Below the pieces are notes generated by a model, which was not told the DNA's origin, did no database searches, and was given only the letters and a program-made list of their open reading frames with translations. Of a stretch of DNA of 64,000 nt, positions 14,552-30,000 are shown piece after piece. This DNA comes from Anaeramoeba ignava BMAN (taxonomy: Eukaryota; Protista; Anaeramoebae). A program made the translations under genes and the position numbers. Position 1 is the stretch's first letter. Each line of letters begins with the position of its first letter. The stretch is taken from assembly GCA_028826165.1 (NCBI GenBank), contig JAPDFW010000070.1, forward strand, positions 992,001-1,056,000, read 5' to 3'.

Positions 14552-16801
14552 TTAATAATAATCTTCATTTTCAGTTTCATTTTCAGTTTCAGTTTCAGTT
14601 TTTGGATGATCAAAAAATTCAATAATATTAGGATTATCTAAAACAATAACTTTTAATTGTTTGTATTTTCTTGTTTTGTATTTGAATTTGAATTTAAGTA
14701 AACTTCTAACATTTTTATCACCAAAAACAAAGAAAACTGAATCCCATAAACCAAGCATTGGAGTAAGTACTGCTTGCATAACATCAAGAAATAAATTATC
14801 TTCAACTTTTGGATCAGCTAATTGTCTTCCTCTTTTAACTGATGTCCATAATTCTGTGAATAAATATATCCATCCTAATGCAAAGATTTTATATTGAAAT
14901 GATTTTGAATATTTTGGGTTTTGTTTTAGTTTACAAAAAATTATTGAATATAGAATTAATGTTGCTAATAAAGTTGACCAAACAATTGAATAAATAATTG
15001 GTTCTATTCTAATTTTTGTAATCCAACACCTTTAATTAAATAATTTTTTTTGAATTTATATTTAGATTTTGATTTATATTTATATTTATATTTATATTTA
15101 GATTTTGATTTAGATTTAGATTTAGATTTAGATTTAGATTTTGATTTAGATTTATATTTAGATTTAGATTTATATTTATATTTAGATTTAGATTTAGATT
15201 TAGATTTAGATTTATATTTAGATTTAGATTTATATTTATATTTAGATTTAGATTTAGATTTAGATTTAGTTTGATTTAGATTTAGATTTATATTTATATT
15301 TATATTTATATTTTTTGATTTTTGATTTTGATTTAGATTTAGATTTATATTTATATTTTAGATTTTGATTTTGATTTTAGATTTAGATTTATATTTATAT
15401 TTATATTTATTTAGATTTATATTTATATTTTTATTTAGATTTTGATTTTGATTTTTGATTTTGATTTTGATTTTGATTTATATTTATATTTATATTTATA
15501 TTTAGATTTATATTTATATTTAGATTTTGATTTTGATTTAGATTTATATTTTATATTTTTGATTTAGATTTATATTTATATTTATATTTATATTTAGATT
15601 TATATTTTGATTTTGATTTTGATTTAGATTTAGATTTAGATTTATATTTAGATTTAGATTTAGATTTATATTTAGATTTAGATTTAGATTTAGATTTAGA
15701 TTTAGATTTAGATTTATATTTATATTTATATTTAGATTTATATTTATATTTTGATTTTGATTTTGATTTAGATTTAGATTTAGATTTAGATTTTAGATTT
15801 TGATTTTGATTTAGATTTATATTTATATTTAGATTTAGATTTTATATTTAGATTTAGATTTATATTTAGATTTTTGATTTATATTTATATTTAGATTTTG
15901 ATTTTTGATTTTAGATTTTGATTTTGATTTTGATTTTAATTTTGATTTATATTTATATTTATATTTATATTTAGATTTATATTTAGATTTAGATTTATAT
16001 TTAGATTTAGATTTATATTTAGATTTATATTTATATTTATATTTATATTTATATTTATATTTATATTTATATTTAGATTTAGATTTATATTTAGATTTAG
16101 ATTTATATTTATATTTATATTTAGATTTATATTTAGATTTTGATTTTGATTTAGATTTTGATTTTAATTTTGATTTTGATTTTGATTTTGATTTTGATTT
16201 TGATTTTGATTTTGATTTTGATTTTGATTTTGATTTTGATTTTGATTTAGATTTTGATTTAGATTTAGATTTAGATTTTGATTTTGATTTCAATTTGATT
16301 TTGATTTTGATTTAGATTTAGATTTAGATTTAGATTTTGATTTTGATTTTGATTTAGATTTAGATTTAGATTTATATTTTACCAATGAGTATTACCAGGA
16401 CCAATTTCTCCAAAAATAACAAATAAAGAAGAAGCAAGCAAACAAATAATAACAATTATAATAATTCCAATAATAAAAAATTTTTTTGATTGATCAACAT
16501 TTTTTCCATATCGAATTTTCAAATAAAAAACCAAAGAAGTTAAAAAAATTAAAGAACAAGAAGCAGCAAAAGTAAAACTGAAGAAAAAACCTTGAAATTT
16601 ACATAATAAATCAGAAGAAGGACCAGGAAGAATAGCAAAAAATGCTAAAAAGAAATCACAAATTGCTAAAGTAAATATAAATTTTCTTGCTGAATCTCTC
16701 ATCTTTTTCAAAATTGAATAAGAAATTATAAAAATTAATGAACCAGTCATTCCTATTGTTGAACCAATTATTGTTGGAATTGATTCTTTATTATGTATCA
16801 T
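14552..16801 (-). CDS. 7TM GPCR, cAMP-receptor-like, copy 6
   Basis: Exons 16801-16383 and 15029-14552. Confidence 0.85.
15050..16380. repeat. TTTAGA/TTTATA hexamer tract inside the GPCR copy 6 intron
   Basis: Directly visible. Confidence 0.9.
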
Positions 16802-16927
16802 TCTTGATTTTTATTTTTTTTATTGAAAAAATCTTTAAAAAAAAAACTTGATCAAACAAAAAAAAATGAAAAAAAAAAATTTTATAACATTTTGTTTATT
16901 AATTAATTTTTTTGCTTCTTTCGTTTT

Positions 16928-17825
16928 TTGGATAATTTATTATATAATTTATTATATAATTTATTAGATAATTTATTATATAATTTATTAGATAATTTAT
17001 TATATAATTTATTAGATAATTTATTATATAATTTTTTATCTAATTTATTAGATAATTTATTAGATAATTTATTATATAATTTATTATATAATTTATTAGA
17101 TAATTTATTAGATAATTTATTAGATAATTTATTATATAATTTATTAGATATTTTATTAGATAATTTATTATATAATTTATTATATAATTTATTAGATAAT
17201 TTATTAGATAATTTATTAGATAATTTATTAGATAATTTTTATATAATTTTTATATAATTTATTAGATAATTTATTAGATAATTTATTAGATAATTTATTA
17301 TATAATTTATTAGATATTTTATTAGATAATTTATTATATAATTTATTATATAATTTATTAGATAATTTATTAGATAATTTATTATATAATTTATTAGATA
17401 ATTTAATATAATTTATTAGATAATTTATAATATAATTTTTATCTAATTTATTAGATAATTTATTAGATAATTTATTATATAATTTATTAGATAATTTATT
17501 ATATAATTTATTAGATAATTTATTAGATAATTTTTTATATAATTTATTATATAATTTTTAATATAATTTTTATCTAATTTATTAGATAATTTATTAGATA
17601 TTTTATTAGATAATTTTTGGATAATTTATTATATAATTTTATTAGATAATTTATTGGATAATTTATTAGATAATTTATTAGATAATTTATTATATAATTT
17701 ATTAGATAATTTATTAGATAATTTATTATATATTTTATTATATAATTTTTTAGATAATTTATTAGATAATTTATTAGATAATTTATTATATAATTTATTA
17801 GATAATTTATTATATAATTTGTTAT
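16928..17825. repeat. 12-bp minisatellite TTATTA(G/T)ATAAT (intergenic)
   Basis: Directly visible. It yields spurious LLDN/LLYN ORFs. Confidence 0.9.
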
Positions 17826-17865
17826 ATATTTTTGATTTCAGTTATATATATAATTTTGATTTCAG

Positions 17866-19410
17866 TTATATATCATTTGTATCAACAAGAACTTTCGTCA
17901 TAGTTAAATTACCAATACTAGGATTCAATTCACCATATTTTCTTTTTTTAAATTTAAATTTAAGTAAACTTCTAACATTTTTATCAAAAAAAACAAAAAA
18001 AACAGCATCCCAAATTCCAAGCATTGGAGCAGCTAAAGATTGCATAACATCAAGAAATAAATTATTTGGAGCATTTGGATTCATTAATTCTCTTATTCTT
18101 TTGATTGATGACCAAATTTGTGTTACTAAATATATCCATCCTAATGCAAATATTTTATATTGAAATGATTTTGGATATTTTGGATCTTTTCTTAATTTGA
18201 AAAATGTTATTGAATATAGAATTATAGTTCCTAATAAATCAAACCAAATCACTGAATAATTTACAGGTCCTAATTTAACTTCTGTAACCCAACACCTTTT
18301 ATTAATCAATTTTAATTTTAATTTAGATTTTGATTTTGATTTTGATTTTGATTTTGATTTTAATTTTAATTTTAATTTTAATTTTAATTTTAATTTTAAT
18401 TTAAATTCTAATTTAAATTTTGATTTTAATTTTAATATTGATTTTAATTTTAATTTTAATTTTGATTTTAATTTTAATTTTAATATTAATTTTAATTTTA
18501 ATTTTAATTATAATTTTAATTTTGATTTTGATTTTTAATTTTAATTTTAATTTTGATTTTAATTTTAATTTTGATTTTAATTTTAATTTTGATTTTAATT
18601 TTAATTTTAATTTTAATTTTAAATTTTAATTTTGATTTTGATTTTAATTTAAATTTTGATTTTAATTTTGATTTTGATTTTGATTTTGATTTTAATTTTA
18701 ATTCTAATTTTAATTTATATTTATATTTAGATTTAGATTTAGATTTAGATTTAGATTTAGATTTAGATTTTAATTTTGATTTTGATTTTGATTTTAATTT
18801 TGATTTTAATTTTAATTTTAATTTTGATATTAATTTAAATTTTGATTTTAATTTTGATTTTAATTTTAATTTTGATTTTAATTTTGATTTTAATTTTAAT
18901 TTTGATTTAGATTTTGATTTTAATTTTGATTTTGATTTTAATTTTAATTTTAATTTTAATTTTAATTTAAATTAAATTGAATTAATTTTACCAATGAGTA
19001 CTACCAGGACCAATTTTCCCAAATATAATATAAATAATTGCAATAATTAAAGAAATTAAAAAAACAACAAAATTTCCAATAATAAAAAATTTTTTTGATT
19101 CATCAACATTTTTTGCATAACAAATTTTCAAATAAAAAACCAAAGAAGTTAAAAAAATCAAAGAGAAAGAAGCTGTAAAAATAAAACCCAAAGCAAAACC
19201 TTGAAATTTACATAATCCACTTGAAGAAGGACCAGGAAGAATAGCAAAAAAAGCTAAAAAAAAATCATAAATTGATAAAATAAAAATAAATTTTCTTGCT
19301 GAATCTTGTATTTCTTTTAGAAATAAATAAACTAATATAAAAATTAATGAACCAGCCATTCCTATTGTTGAACCAATAATAGCTGGAATTGATTCTTTAT
19401 TATGAATCAT
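17866..19410 (-). CDS. 7TM GPCR, cAMP-receptor-like, copy 7
   Basis: Exons 19410-18992 and 18295-17866. Confidence 0.85.
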
Positions 19411-19748
19411 TTTCTTTTAATTAAAATGAAAAAAAATTGAAAAATGAAAAATTTTTTTTTAATTTTTTTGGAAAGTTAATTAAAATCCAAAAATAAAATC
19501 TAAAAATAAATTAAAATCCAAAAATAAAATAAAATCTAAAAATAAAATAAAATCCAAAAATAAAATAATTCAAAAATAAAATAAAATCCAAAAATAAAAT
19601 CCAAAAATAAAATCCAAAAATAAAATCCAAAAATAAAATAAAATAAAAGGGATTTCCAAATATTTAAACAATTGTTAAAAAGAAAAAGAAAAAAATTTTT
19701 TAAAAAAAAAAAGAAGAAAATCCCTAAAAAAAAAAATTTTTTTTGTTC

Positions 19749-19781
19749 TCAATTTTCATCTCGAATTAATGATTGAATAAC

Positions 19782-19823
<42 letters not shown>

Positions 19824-21028
19824 TTCATCTTCTTCTTTATCTTTGTTATTAACATCTTTTTGTTTTGAATCACTTTTATTAACCGAAAAATATTTTTTTC
19901 GTTCGAAATGATATTTAAGTAAATCAAAAATTTCTTTATCCAAAAAAACAAAGAAAACAGCATCCCATAAACCAAGTGTTGGAACAAATAAAGCTTGAGT
20001 AATATCAAGAAATGGTGAATCTGAAACACTTGGATTCACTATTTCTCTTCCTCTTTTGATTAATGTTGGGAGTTGTGTTACAAAATAAATACATCCTAAT
20101 ATAAACATTTTGTAATGAAAAGTTTTTGAATTTTCTCGTGTTTTCTTTATTTTGATAAGCATTATGATATATATAATTAATGTTGCTGGTAAAGTTATCC
20201 AAACAATTATATATGTTAGAGTTTCTATGCCATGTTTTGTAACCCAACACCTTTTTTGATTTTGATTTTGATTTTATTTAAATTTTAATTTTAATTTTAA
20301 TTTTAATTTATTTTGATTTTGATTTTGATTTTAATTTTAATTTATTTTGATTTTGATTTTGATTTTAATTTTAATTTATTTTGATTTTAATTTCAATTTT
20401 AATTTTAATTTTAGATTTTAATATTAATTTTAATTTGATTTAAATTTTGATTTTGATTTTAATTTTAATTTTAATTTTAATATTGATTTATTTTGAATTT
20501 GATTTTGATTTTAATTTTAAATTTTAATTTTGAATTTGAATTTGATTTTCATTTTGATTTTAATTTTGATTTTAATTTTAATTTTAATTTTAATTTTAAT
20601 AACCAATGAGAATTTCCTTCACCAACTTTTCCATAAAAAACAGAAATCATTGATATAATTAAAGAAAGAAAAATTATTCCAGAAATACCAGCATTAAAAA
20701 ACATATCAGTTTTTTGAGGATTCATTTTTTTTGAAGTGCATGATTGTATATAAAAAAACACAGAAATTAAACAAATAATGCAACAAGAAGTTAAGAAAGT
20801 CCAAGTTACTAAAAAACCTTGAATCTTGCATAAATCATGATTAGAAGGACCAGGAAGAATAGCAGAAACTCCCAAAAAAAAATCAAAAATTGCTAAAGTA
20901 AAAATAAATTTTTTCGATGTATCTTGTATTTCTTTTAGAAATAAATAAACTAATATAAAAATTAATGAACCAGTCATTCCAAATGTTGAACCAATAATAC
21001 AAGGAATTGATTCTTTATTGTGAATCAT
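19749..21028 (-). CDS. 7TM GPCR, cAMP-receptor-like, copy 8 (poly-Asp C-terminal tail)
   Basis: Exons 21028-20604 and 20250-19749. Confidence 0.85.
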
Positions 21029-21150
21029 TTTCTTTTAATGAAAAAAATTGAAAAAAATTGAAAAAAATGAAAAATTTTTTTTCCGTTTTTTTTATTTAAA
21101 TTTTAAAAGGAAAAAAAATGGAACAAAAAAAATGGAACAAAAAAATCAAG

Positions 21151-22467
21151 TTATTTATCACTATTTGAATTTTCCATAGTAGAATTACTTAAACTATCTT
21201 CTTTATTTGAATCATTTATAGGATTACCTTCTGTTATTTCTTGTTTTAAATTTTCATATTTTGATTTTTTATGGAAAAAAAGTTTTCTAACATTTTTATC
21301 AAAAAAAACAAAAAAAACAGAATCCCAAAAACCAAGCATTGGAAATCCAACAGCTTGAGTAATATCCAGAAATAAATTATCTTCAACTGTTGGATCAACT
21401 AATTGTCTTCCTCTTTTGATTGATGTCCCTAATTCTGTTAATAAATATATCCATCCTAATGCAAAGATTTTATATTGAAATGATTTTGGTATTGTTTTGT
21501 TTTTTCTTATTTTGAAAAATGTTATTGAATATAGAACTAATGTTCCTAATAAACTAAACCAAACAATTGAATATATAACTGCTTCTATTTTAACGTTTGT
21601 AATCCAACACCTTTTAATAATTTACATTGAAATTAAAATTCATTTTGAAATTAAAATTCATTTTAAAATTAATATTAAAATTGAAATTAAAATTCATTTT
21701 GAAATTAAAATTCATTTTGAAATTAAAATTCATTTTGAAATTAAATTTAATATTAAAATTGAAATTGAAATTCATTTTGAAATTAAAATTCATTTTAAAA
21801 TTAAAATTCATTTTGAAATTAAAATTCATTTTGAAATTGAAATTCATTTTGAAATTAAATTTAATATTAAAATTCATTTTGAAATTAAAATTAAAATTCA
21901 TTTTAAAATTAATATTAAAATTGAAATTAAAATTAAAATTAAAATTAAAATTAAAATTCATTTTAAAATTAAAATTCATTTATAATATTAAAATTAAAAT
22001 TGATATTAAAATTCATTTATGAAATTAAAATTAAAATTAGAAAAATACCAATAAGTAGATCCTACATCTATATCGCCAAAAAAAATAAAAATAAGTGCAA
22101 CAATTAAACCAATAATAAAAATAAAAAAATTCCCAATAATAAAAAATTTTCTTGATTCATCCACTTTTTTTTCATGATACAATTTCAAATAATAAACTAA
22201 AGCAAGAAAAAAGATAAAGGAACAAGAAGCTGAAAAAAGCAAACCCAAGAAAAATCCTTGAGCTTTGCAAAAATTATCAGAAGAACTGCCTTTAATAACA
22301 GCAAAAAGTCCCAATAAAAAATTATAAATTGATAAAGTAAAAATATATTTTCTTGAAAAATCTCGAATTTCTTTGATAAATAAATAAACTAATATAAAAA
22401 TTAATGAGCCAAGCATTCCTAATATTGAACCAATAATAGAAAAAATTGAATTTGTATCAAGTCCCAT
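21151..22467 (-). CDS. 7TM GPCR, cAMP-receptor-like, copy 9 (divergent N-terminus MGLDTNS)
   Basis: Exons 22467-22049 and 21610-21151. Confidence 0.85.
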
Positions 22468-22647
22468 TTTGAACAAAAGAATTTAAAAAGAATTTAAAAA
22501 GAATTTAAAAAAGAATTTAAAAAAAAGTTTTTTATTGTTTTTTTAACAAATAAAAAAATGATTTTTTAAAAGATGGCAAAAAAAAAATGAAAAAAAAAAA
22601 ATGAAAAATTAATTTTGATGATTTGGACTTATTAAATACTGATTAAA

Positions 22648-23915
22648 TTGATTTTGATTTAGATTTAGATTTTAATTTTAATTTTGATTTTGATTTTAAT
22701 TTTGATTTTGATTTTGATTTTGATTTTGATTTTAATTTTGATTTTGATTTTGATTTTGATTTTGATTTTGATTTTAATTTTGATTTTGATTTTGATTTTG
22801 ATTTTGATTTTGATTTTGATTTTGATTTTGATTTAGATTTTGATTTTGATTTTGATTTTGATTTTGATTTTCATTTTAATTTTGATTTTAATTTTGATTT
22901 TGATTTTGATTTTGATTTTGATTTTGATTTTGATTTTAATTTTAATTTTGATTTTGATTTTGATTTTGATTTTGATTTTGATTTTGATTTTGATTTTGAT
23001 TTTGATTTTGATTTTGATTTTGATTTTGATTTTAATTTTGATTTTAATTTTGATTTTGATTTTAATTTTGATTTTGATTTTGATTTTAATTTGATTTTGA
23101 TTTTGATTTTGATTTTGATTTTGATTTTGATTTTGATTTTGATTTTTGATTTTGATTTAATTTTGATTTTGATTTGATTTGATTTTGATTTGATTGATTT
23201 AGATTTTGATTTTGATTTTGATTTTGATTTTGATTTTGATTTTGATTTTGATTTTGATTTTGATTTTGATTTTGATTTTAATTTTGATTTTAATTTTGAT
23301 TTTGATTTTGATTTTGAATTTAGATTTTGATTTTGATTTTGATTTTGATTTTAATTGATTTAATTTTGATTTTGATTTTGATTTTGATTTTGATTTTGAT
23401 TTTGATTTTGATTTTGATTTTTGATTTTGATTTTGATTTTGATTTTGATTTTGATTTTGATTTTGATTTTGAATTTGATTTTGATTTTGATTTTGATTTT
23501 GATTTTGAATTTTGATTTTGATTTTGATTTTGATTTAATTTGATTTTGATTTTGATTTTGATTTTGATTTTGATTTTAATTTTGATTTTGATTTTGATTT
23601 TAATTTTAATTTAGATTTTGATTTTGGATTTTGATTTTGATTTTTATTTTGATTTTGATTTTAATTTTGATTTTGATTTTGATTTGATTTTAATTTTGAT
23701 TTTGATTTTGATTTTGATTTTAATTGATTTTGATTTTAATTTTGGTTTAGATTTAGATTTTGATTTTGATTTTAATTTTGATTTTGATTTTGATTTGGAT
23801 TTTAATTTTGATTTTAATTTTAATTTTGATTTTAATTTTAATTTAGATTTTGATTTTAATTTGGATTTTGATTTTGATTTGGATTTGAGATTTTAATTTG
23901 GATTTTAATTTAGAT
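22648..23915. repeat. (TTTTGA)n tract between the divergent GPCR array and the TMEM131-like gene
   Basis: Directly visible. Confidence 0.9.
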
Positions 23916-24060
23916 TAAAAAGAAACAAAAAAAGGAATTTGATAGAAAAAAAATTTTTTTTTTAAAGAAGAATGAGTCATTTCCAAAATTTAAAAAAAAA
24001 AAACCAAAAATTAAAATTCATTTTTTTTTTTCTTTCACTTTTTTCTTTTTTCAAATCCAA

Positions 24061-27000
24061 ATGAGAATAAAATTTTTTCTTTTTTGTTTGATATTGGCTT
24101 ATTCTGTTTTCTCTTACAATGATCAAATAAAAACAACAGATAAAAGGTTAATTATATAAAAAAAATAAAAAAAAGATATAAAGAAATGTTAAAAAAAATT
24201 GCTCAAAAAAAAAAACTAAAAGCAAAAAAAAATAAATAGCAAATCAAATTAAAAAATTTATCCTCTTTCTTTTTGATAAATTTCCCTAATAAAAAATAAT
24301 TAAAAAATAATTAAACTCAAAAATTTAAACAAAAAAAAAATTAAATTAAGAATTTATTAAAAAAAAAAATTTATAAAAAAATTTAGTTCAAATTCTAATG
24401 AAGATTTTCTTGATTTTGGAAAAGTTGAATTATGTGTTCAATCAATTAAACAATTTGATTTTTGGTTTAATAAGCCATTGAAAGTTTTATCAATACAATC
24501 TAATAACCAGAACTTTATGGTTTCTAACAACACAAAAATTGTAAATAAAATTTTTTTATTAAAAAAAATATATATATTTTAAATAATTAAGTTTGTAAAT
24601 TAAATTATAAATTATTTTATTTAAAATAAATAACCATAAAATTTTTGAATTTTTATTATTAAAATTACCATTAACTATCTTCTCTCACAAAATTTTATTT
24701 AAAAATTAAAATCAATAATAAAATCAATAATAAAATTTAAATTTAAATTAAAATTAATTTATAAAATTAAAATCAAAATTAAAAATTAAAATCAAAATTA
24801 AAATTAAAATTAAAATTGAAATTAAAATTAATATTAAAATCAAAATTAAAATCAAAATTAAAATCAAAATTAAAATTAAAATTAAAATTCAAATTAAAAT
24901 TAAAATTAAAATTAAAATTAAAATTAAAATTAAAATTAAAATTAAAATTAAAATTAAAATTAAAATTAAAATTAAAATTAAAATTAAAATTAAAATTCAT
25001 TTATAAAATTAAATATTTTTTTTGATCAAATTTTTAGACAAAATTAGCTGTTTCACAATTGACAATTTTTGTTGAGTTTCTTCCACGATATGTTGGAAAT
25101 CATAGAGGAGAAATTAGGATTATTACTTCTGCAGGAGCTTATGATATTTTTTGTCATGGAATTGCGAAAGAATCACCATATAAACTTCAACCATTTACTG
25201 GAATTGATTTATCTACAAATAAAGCTCTTGAAGTTTCTGTTTCTATATTTAATCCTACTGAAACCATTATGCAAGTAACTGAAATCAAAACTCAACATGA
25301 TTGGATGAAGATTAAATTTCCTCTTAAATTTGATGAGAATCCAAAACTTTCAAAAACATGGGTATAAAATTTTAATTTAATTTAATTTAATATTAAATAA
25401 TTTTATTTAAATAATATTAAATAATATTAAATAATTTTAAATAATATTAAATAATTTTAAATAATATTAAATAATTTTAAATAATTTTATTTAAATAATT
25501 TTATTTAAATAATATTAAATAATTTTAAATAATTTTATTTAATTTTAAATAATTTTAAATAATTTTATTTAATTTTTAGGCAATTCAACCAAATCAAACA
25601 AATGTTCTCTGTTTACTTTCTTTTCAAACTAATACTCCTGGATTTTTTCAAACAAAATTTCGAATTGGAACATTAAATAAAAAATTTGATATTCCGATTG
25701 AAATATCAGTTTTTGATGTAAATTTTATTTTAAATTTAAATTTTAATAATTAAATCATCTTATATTTTTATTATTTGAAAAAAAAATATATATATATTTT
25801 TAGAAAGAATTCTTTGTTTCTCCAAAAGTTATTGATCTTGGTGGAATAGCATATTCTGGAAAAAGTATATCAAAAGTATTAGAATTTTTTGTTTATAATT
25901 ATTTCTCGTTTCCAATTTCAATTACAAAAATTGAGTTGTCAAAACCAAATTCAAAAATTCAAATTGAAGCACCTCATTCTGATATTATAATTTCACCTCT
26001 TAAAGTAATCAAGAAATATTTTATATTATTAAAGAAAAAATATTAAAAAAAAAATATTTACTTTAAAAATTAAATGAAAAGAAACAAAAATGTCAAGTTA
26101 CAATTAATTTTTTAATGAGTCCTGAATTAACAAGTATTTCTGAAGAAATAAAAATTCAAACAAATTTAACAAATGCATTTGAACACATTGTTATGAATGC
26201 AAAATTTGCACATGGGACATTATTTATTGATAAGAAAGCAACACTTTTTCATTCAGAAAAAAATTTAAAAATATTAAGGAAAATCTTTATTACAAATTCT
26301 TTTAATGTTCCTTTATTTTTATTTGGAGCAGAAATTGATAATGGAAATTTTACAATACTTGAAAATTCACGTGGAAAGCATATTCCACCACATACTTCAA
26401 TGGTACAAAATTTATTTAAATATTAAAATATTAAAATATTAATTTAAATATTAAAATATTTATTTAATTATTTAAAATATTTATTTAAAATATTTATTTA
26501 AAATATTAAAATATTTATTTAAAATATTAAAATATTTATTAATTTATTTAATTTGTTTAATTTGTTAAATTTGTTTTTTTTTTGTTAATAAAGAATCCAA
26601 TCTTAATCGAATATAATCCTTCTATTCCAGAACTTCAATTTCAAACAAGATTATTGCTTTATACTAATTTAACTGTATTGGAAATTCCTCTTGTTGTTTA
26701 TAATGGTTTTGTGGAAATTAACACTTTCCCCAAAAGTCATGAAATTTTAACTGATGAAACATTTAGATTAGAAGCTGCAAAAAACAATATGCAAGATTCA
26801 ATGCTTTCATTAGGAAATTTAATTAATTTTGGTGATGTTTTTGTTCAAGATTCTAAAAGTGAAATTTTTCATATTGAAAACAAAAATCCAGTTTCAGTTA
26901 TTTTATATAAAATTCGAGTTCCTTTCCCAGAAATTACATTTAGACTTGAAAGTATTAAAACTCAAGAAGGATATACTGTTTTAGGAGGAAGAAATGTACC

Positions 27001-30000
27001 AGATATGTGGGAAGAAATCTCGATAGATCCTTTCCATACAGCAGTATTTTCAATTTCTGTTTCACCTATTGAGTAATTTTTAATTTTTAAATTTAATTAT
27101 AAATGAATTTTAATTTTTATAAATCAATTTCTTTAAAAATTAGACCATCAAAACAGAAAATAAGAAGACATATCACAATTTGGACAAATTATGAAAAGAA
27201 AAATATCACAATTCAATACAAAAGTCCTTCAATTGATTTGGAAATATTCCCAAACGAACTTACATTTGAACCATCATTTCCAGGAAAAAAACAAAAGCAA
27301 AACATTTCTATTCGCTGCGAACACTCAAACCTAACAATATCCACAATAACATCATCTTCCCAAATGTTTGATTTGAATATCTCAAACCTTCAAATCCAAC
27401 GCTCAAAAAAACAAGAAATTGCAGAGATCATTTTTGATCCAAAAAATTATTTTGTCAAAAATAAAATCTTGGATCAACTGAACAGCATTGCAGCACCAGA
27501 TTTAAACCCACTGCCTTTCTATCTTGATGAATTTAAACTTGATAATGTTGAAACATTTCTTGATTTATGGGCAGATCTTGACGAGAAAAATCAGCACAAT
27601 ATCATCAACAACATCACAATCGTCACAAATTTGACCAAGAACCTTGTTATCCCTATTCGTGCTTCTCTTCAAAGACCCAAGATTGTATCAACTCGGAAAA
27701 TAGACTTTGGAGATGTTGAAATTGGAGCAACAAAAGAAATGCATTTTAATTTGGAAAATCCAAGTGCAGATCCACTTGTGATCAAAATTACACAGTTTCC
27801 AATGGCTTCATCTGTTAATTTTGATGGGAATATTTATCCACCAGTTTATTGTGATAACGGTTTATGTGACCGTTTGGAGATGCTACTGCAACAGATACAG
27901 GAACAATCTGGAGAGAAAAATGTTCTAACTGCAGACTTGTTTATCAACTTCTCATCAGAAAATCCTTTCCATATATCCTCTCCACAACCCACTTATTACA
28001 CAGCTACACTGCCTCCTTTTTCTTCCAAAAACCAAGGCACAATTTCATTTACTCCTAAAACTTCTAATCCTTCCAGTTCAATATTTTTTGTGCAAAATAA
28101 CATTTCGTTTTTGGATTATTTCTACACAACTGGAAAAGGATATCAAAATTCCCTTCAGTTCTTCATCCCGGAATCAGAGAGCATCATCTCTTGCGTAACA
28201 TCTCCCAAAAAGCATATTCCGTTAAGTTCAAGTTTCAGCTCGCTTTTTCGGTTCTTCTTTTCGATGATAATATCCCCTTCAGAATCTTCTTTCAATTGCT
28301 CGCAAACACCTATTTTTATCAATCTTGCGAATCAGGATTTTCCGCAAATTCGCAACTCAACATCCCAATCGGAGAAAGTCTTCCATCGCAACATGATTCT
28401 CAAAAACTCAGGAGATACGATAATAACTATCCATTCAATCCGCTTTGAAACAACTAACCATATAAAGTGGAATTTTGCTGACTCAATCGCAAGTATTGGA
28501 ATTAAGCCTGAAGAACAAATTCAAACATCATTTAATTTCACAAGCAAATTAGATCAGCGATTTATGCAGAGCTATCTTGTTATTTCAACAGATAAGGGGC
28601 CTATTCGAATCCCAATTTCGGTTGTTTTCAAAAATCATGGAATCAATCATCTTCATAAATTTACTTTCTTTAGTTTTGTAAATGGAAAACTGGCTATTTT
28701 TTCTTTGTATTTACCTTTTATTCTTGCGATATATCTATTTAATTCACATCATATCATTCACCACAAAAATTATTTACAAAGCAGTAAAGCAAAATATTTC
28801 CAGATTGTATTTCCAAGTCAAGATTCTGTTCAAGTTAATTTAAGAAAATCAAAGAATATTCAGAAAAATAATCAACCTTCGATTGATTTTGAAGTTAAGT
28901 TTGAACCCACTGTCAAATTAACTCAACCAGATTCATTTTCTGATCAATCAAAAACAAAGATATCAGATTCCAATTTAAATCAAAATCAAAGTCTAAAAGA
29001 AAACAATCCATTTCAACTTGATATTCAAATTAAAGATGAATCACAAATGGAATCAACTACAACCAAAGAAAATTTAAATCATACTTTACCTAATAATTTT
29101 ATGTTTATACCAACCAATGAAAATTTAAATGAAAATGAAAATGAAAATTTAAATGAAAATGAAAATCAAATTGAAAATGAAAATGAAAATCAAAATGAAA
29201 ATTTAAATGAAAATGAAAATGAAAATTTAAATGAAAACGAAAATGAAAATCAAATTGAAAATGAAAATGAAAACGAAAATCAAATTGAAAATCAAATTGA
29301 AAATCAAATTGAAAATGAAAATGAGAATCAAATTGAAAACGAAAATGAAAATGAAAATGAAAATGAAAATGAAAATGAAAATCAAATTGAAAATCAAATT
29401 GAAAATCAAAATGAAAATGAAAATGAAAATGAAAATCAAAATCAAATTGAAAATGAAATTGAAAATGAAAATGAAAATCAAATTGAAAATCAAATTGAAA
29501 ATGAAATTGAAAATGAAAATGAAAATGAAAAGGAAAATGAAATTGAAATTGAACAAAACAAATCTAGTCCAACAAATTCAAAACCATTTATTTTTAATGA
29601 AGAAAATGAACAAACAAACAATAACAATAACAACTTAATTCCACTTGTAGGATATTCAACAAATGAAAAAATTCAAGATAATTTAAGAACAAGAATATTT
29701 CAAGATTTTGAGAAATTAACACAAACAACTGGAGTTATTGGAGATCGAAGAATTAATCCTCAAAAAAATTCTAAATTCTTTTTCCAAAATATTTCTCCAA
29801 TAAAACAAAAAGATCAAAAATCTCATTTAAAAACTCAATTACAATCACAATTACAATCACAATTACAATCACAATTACAAAATCAATTAAAAAATCAAAT
29901 TCAAAATCAAATTCAAATTCAAAATCAAAATCAAAATTCAAAACGAAAATCAAAATGAAAGCGAAAATCAAAATGAAAATCAAAATGAAATTGAAAATCA

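Noticed and set aside
4004-23896. Numerous ORFs of DFDF, ILIL, KSKS, LYLY and LLDN type (similar ones occur up to ~59800)
   Set aside because: They are translations of simple repeats in introns or intergenic DNA, or antisense to N/Q/E tracts.
22648-23915. Interstitial telomeric repeat
   Set aside because: The TTTTGA tract is degenerate, lacks G-runs, and the same motif pervades introns and CDSs.
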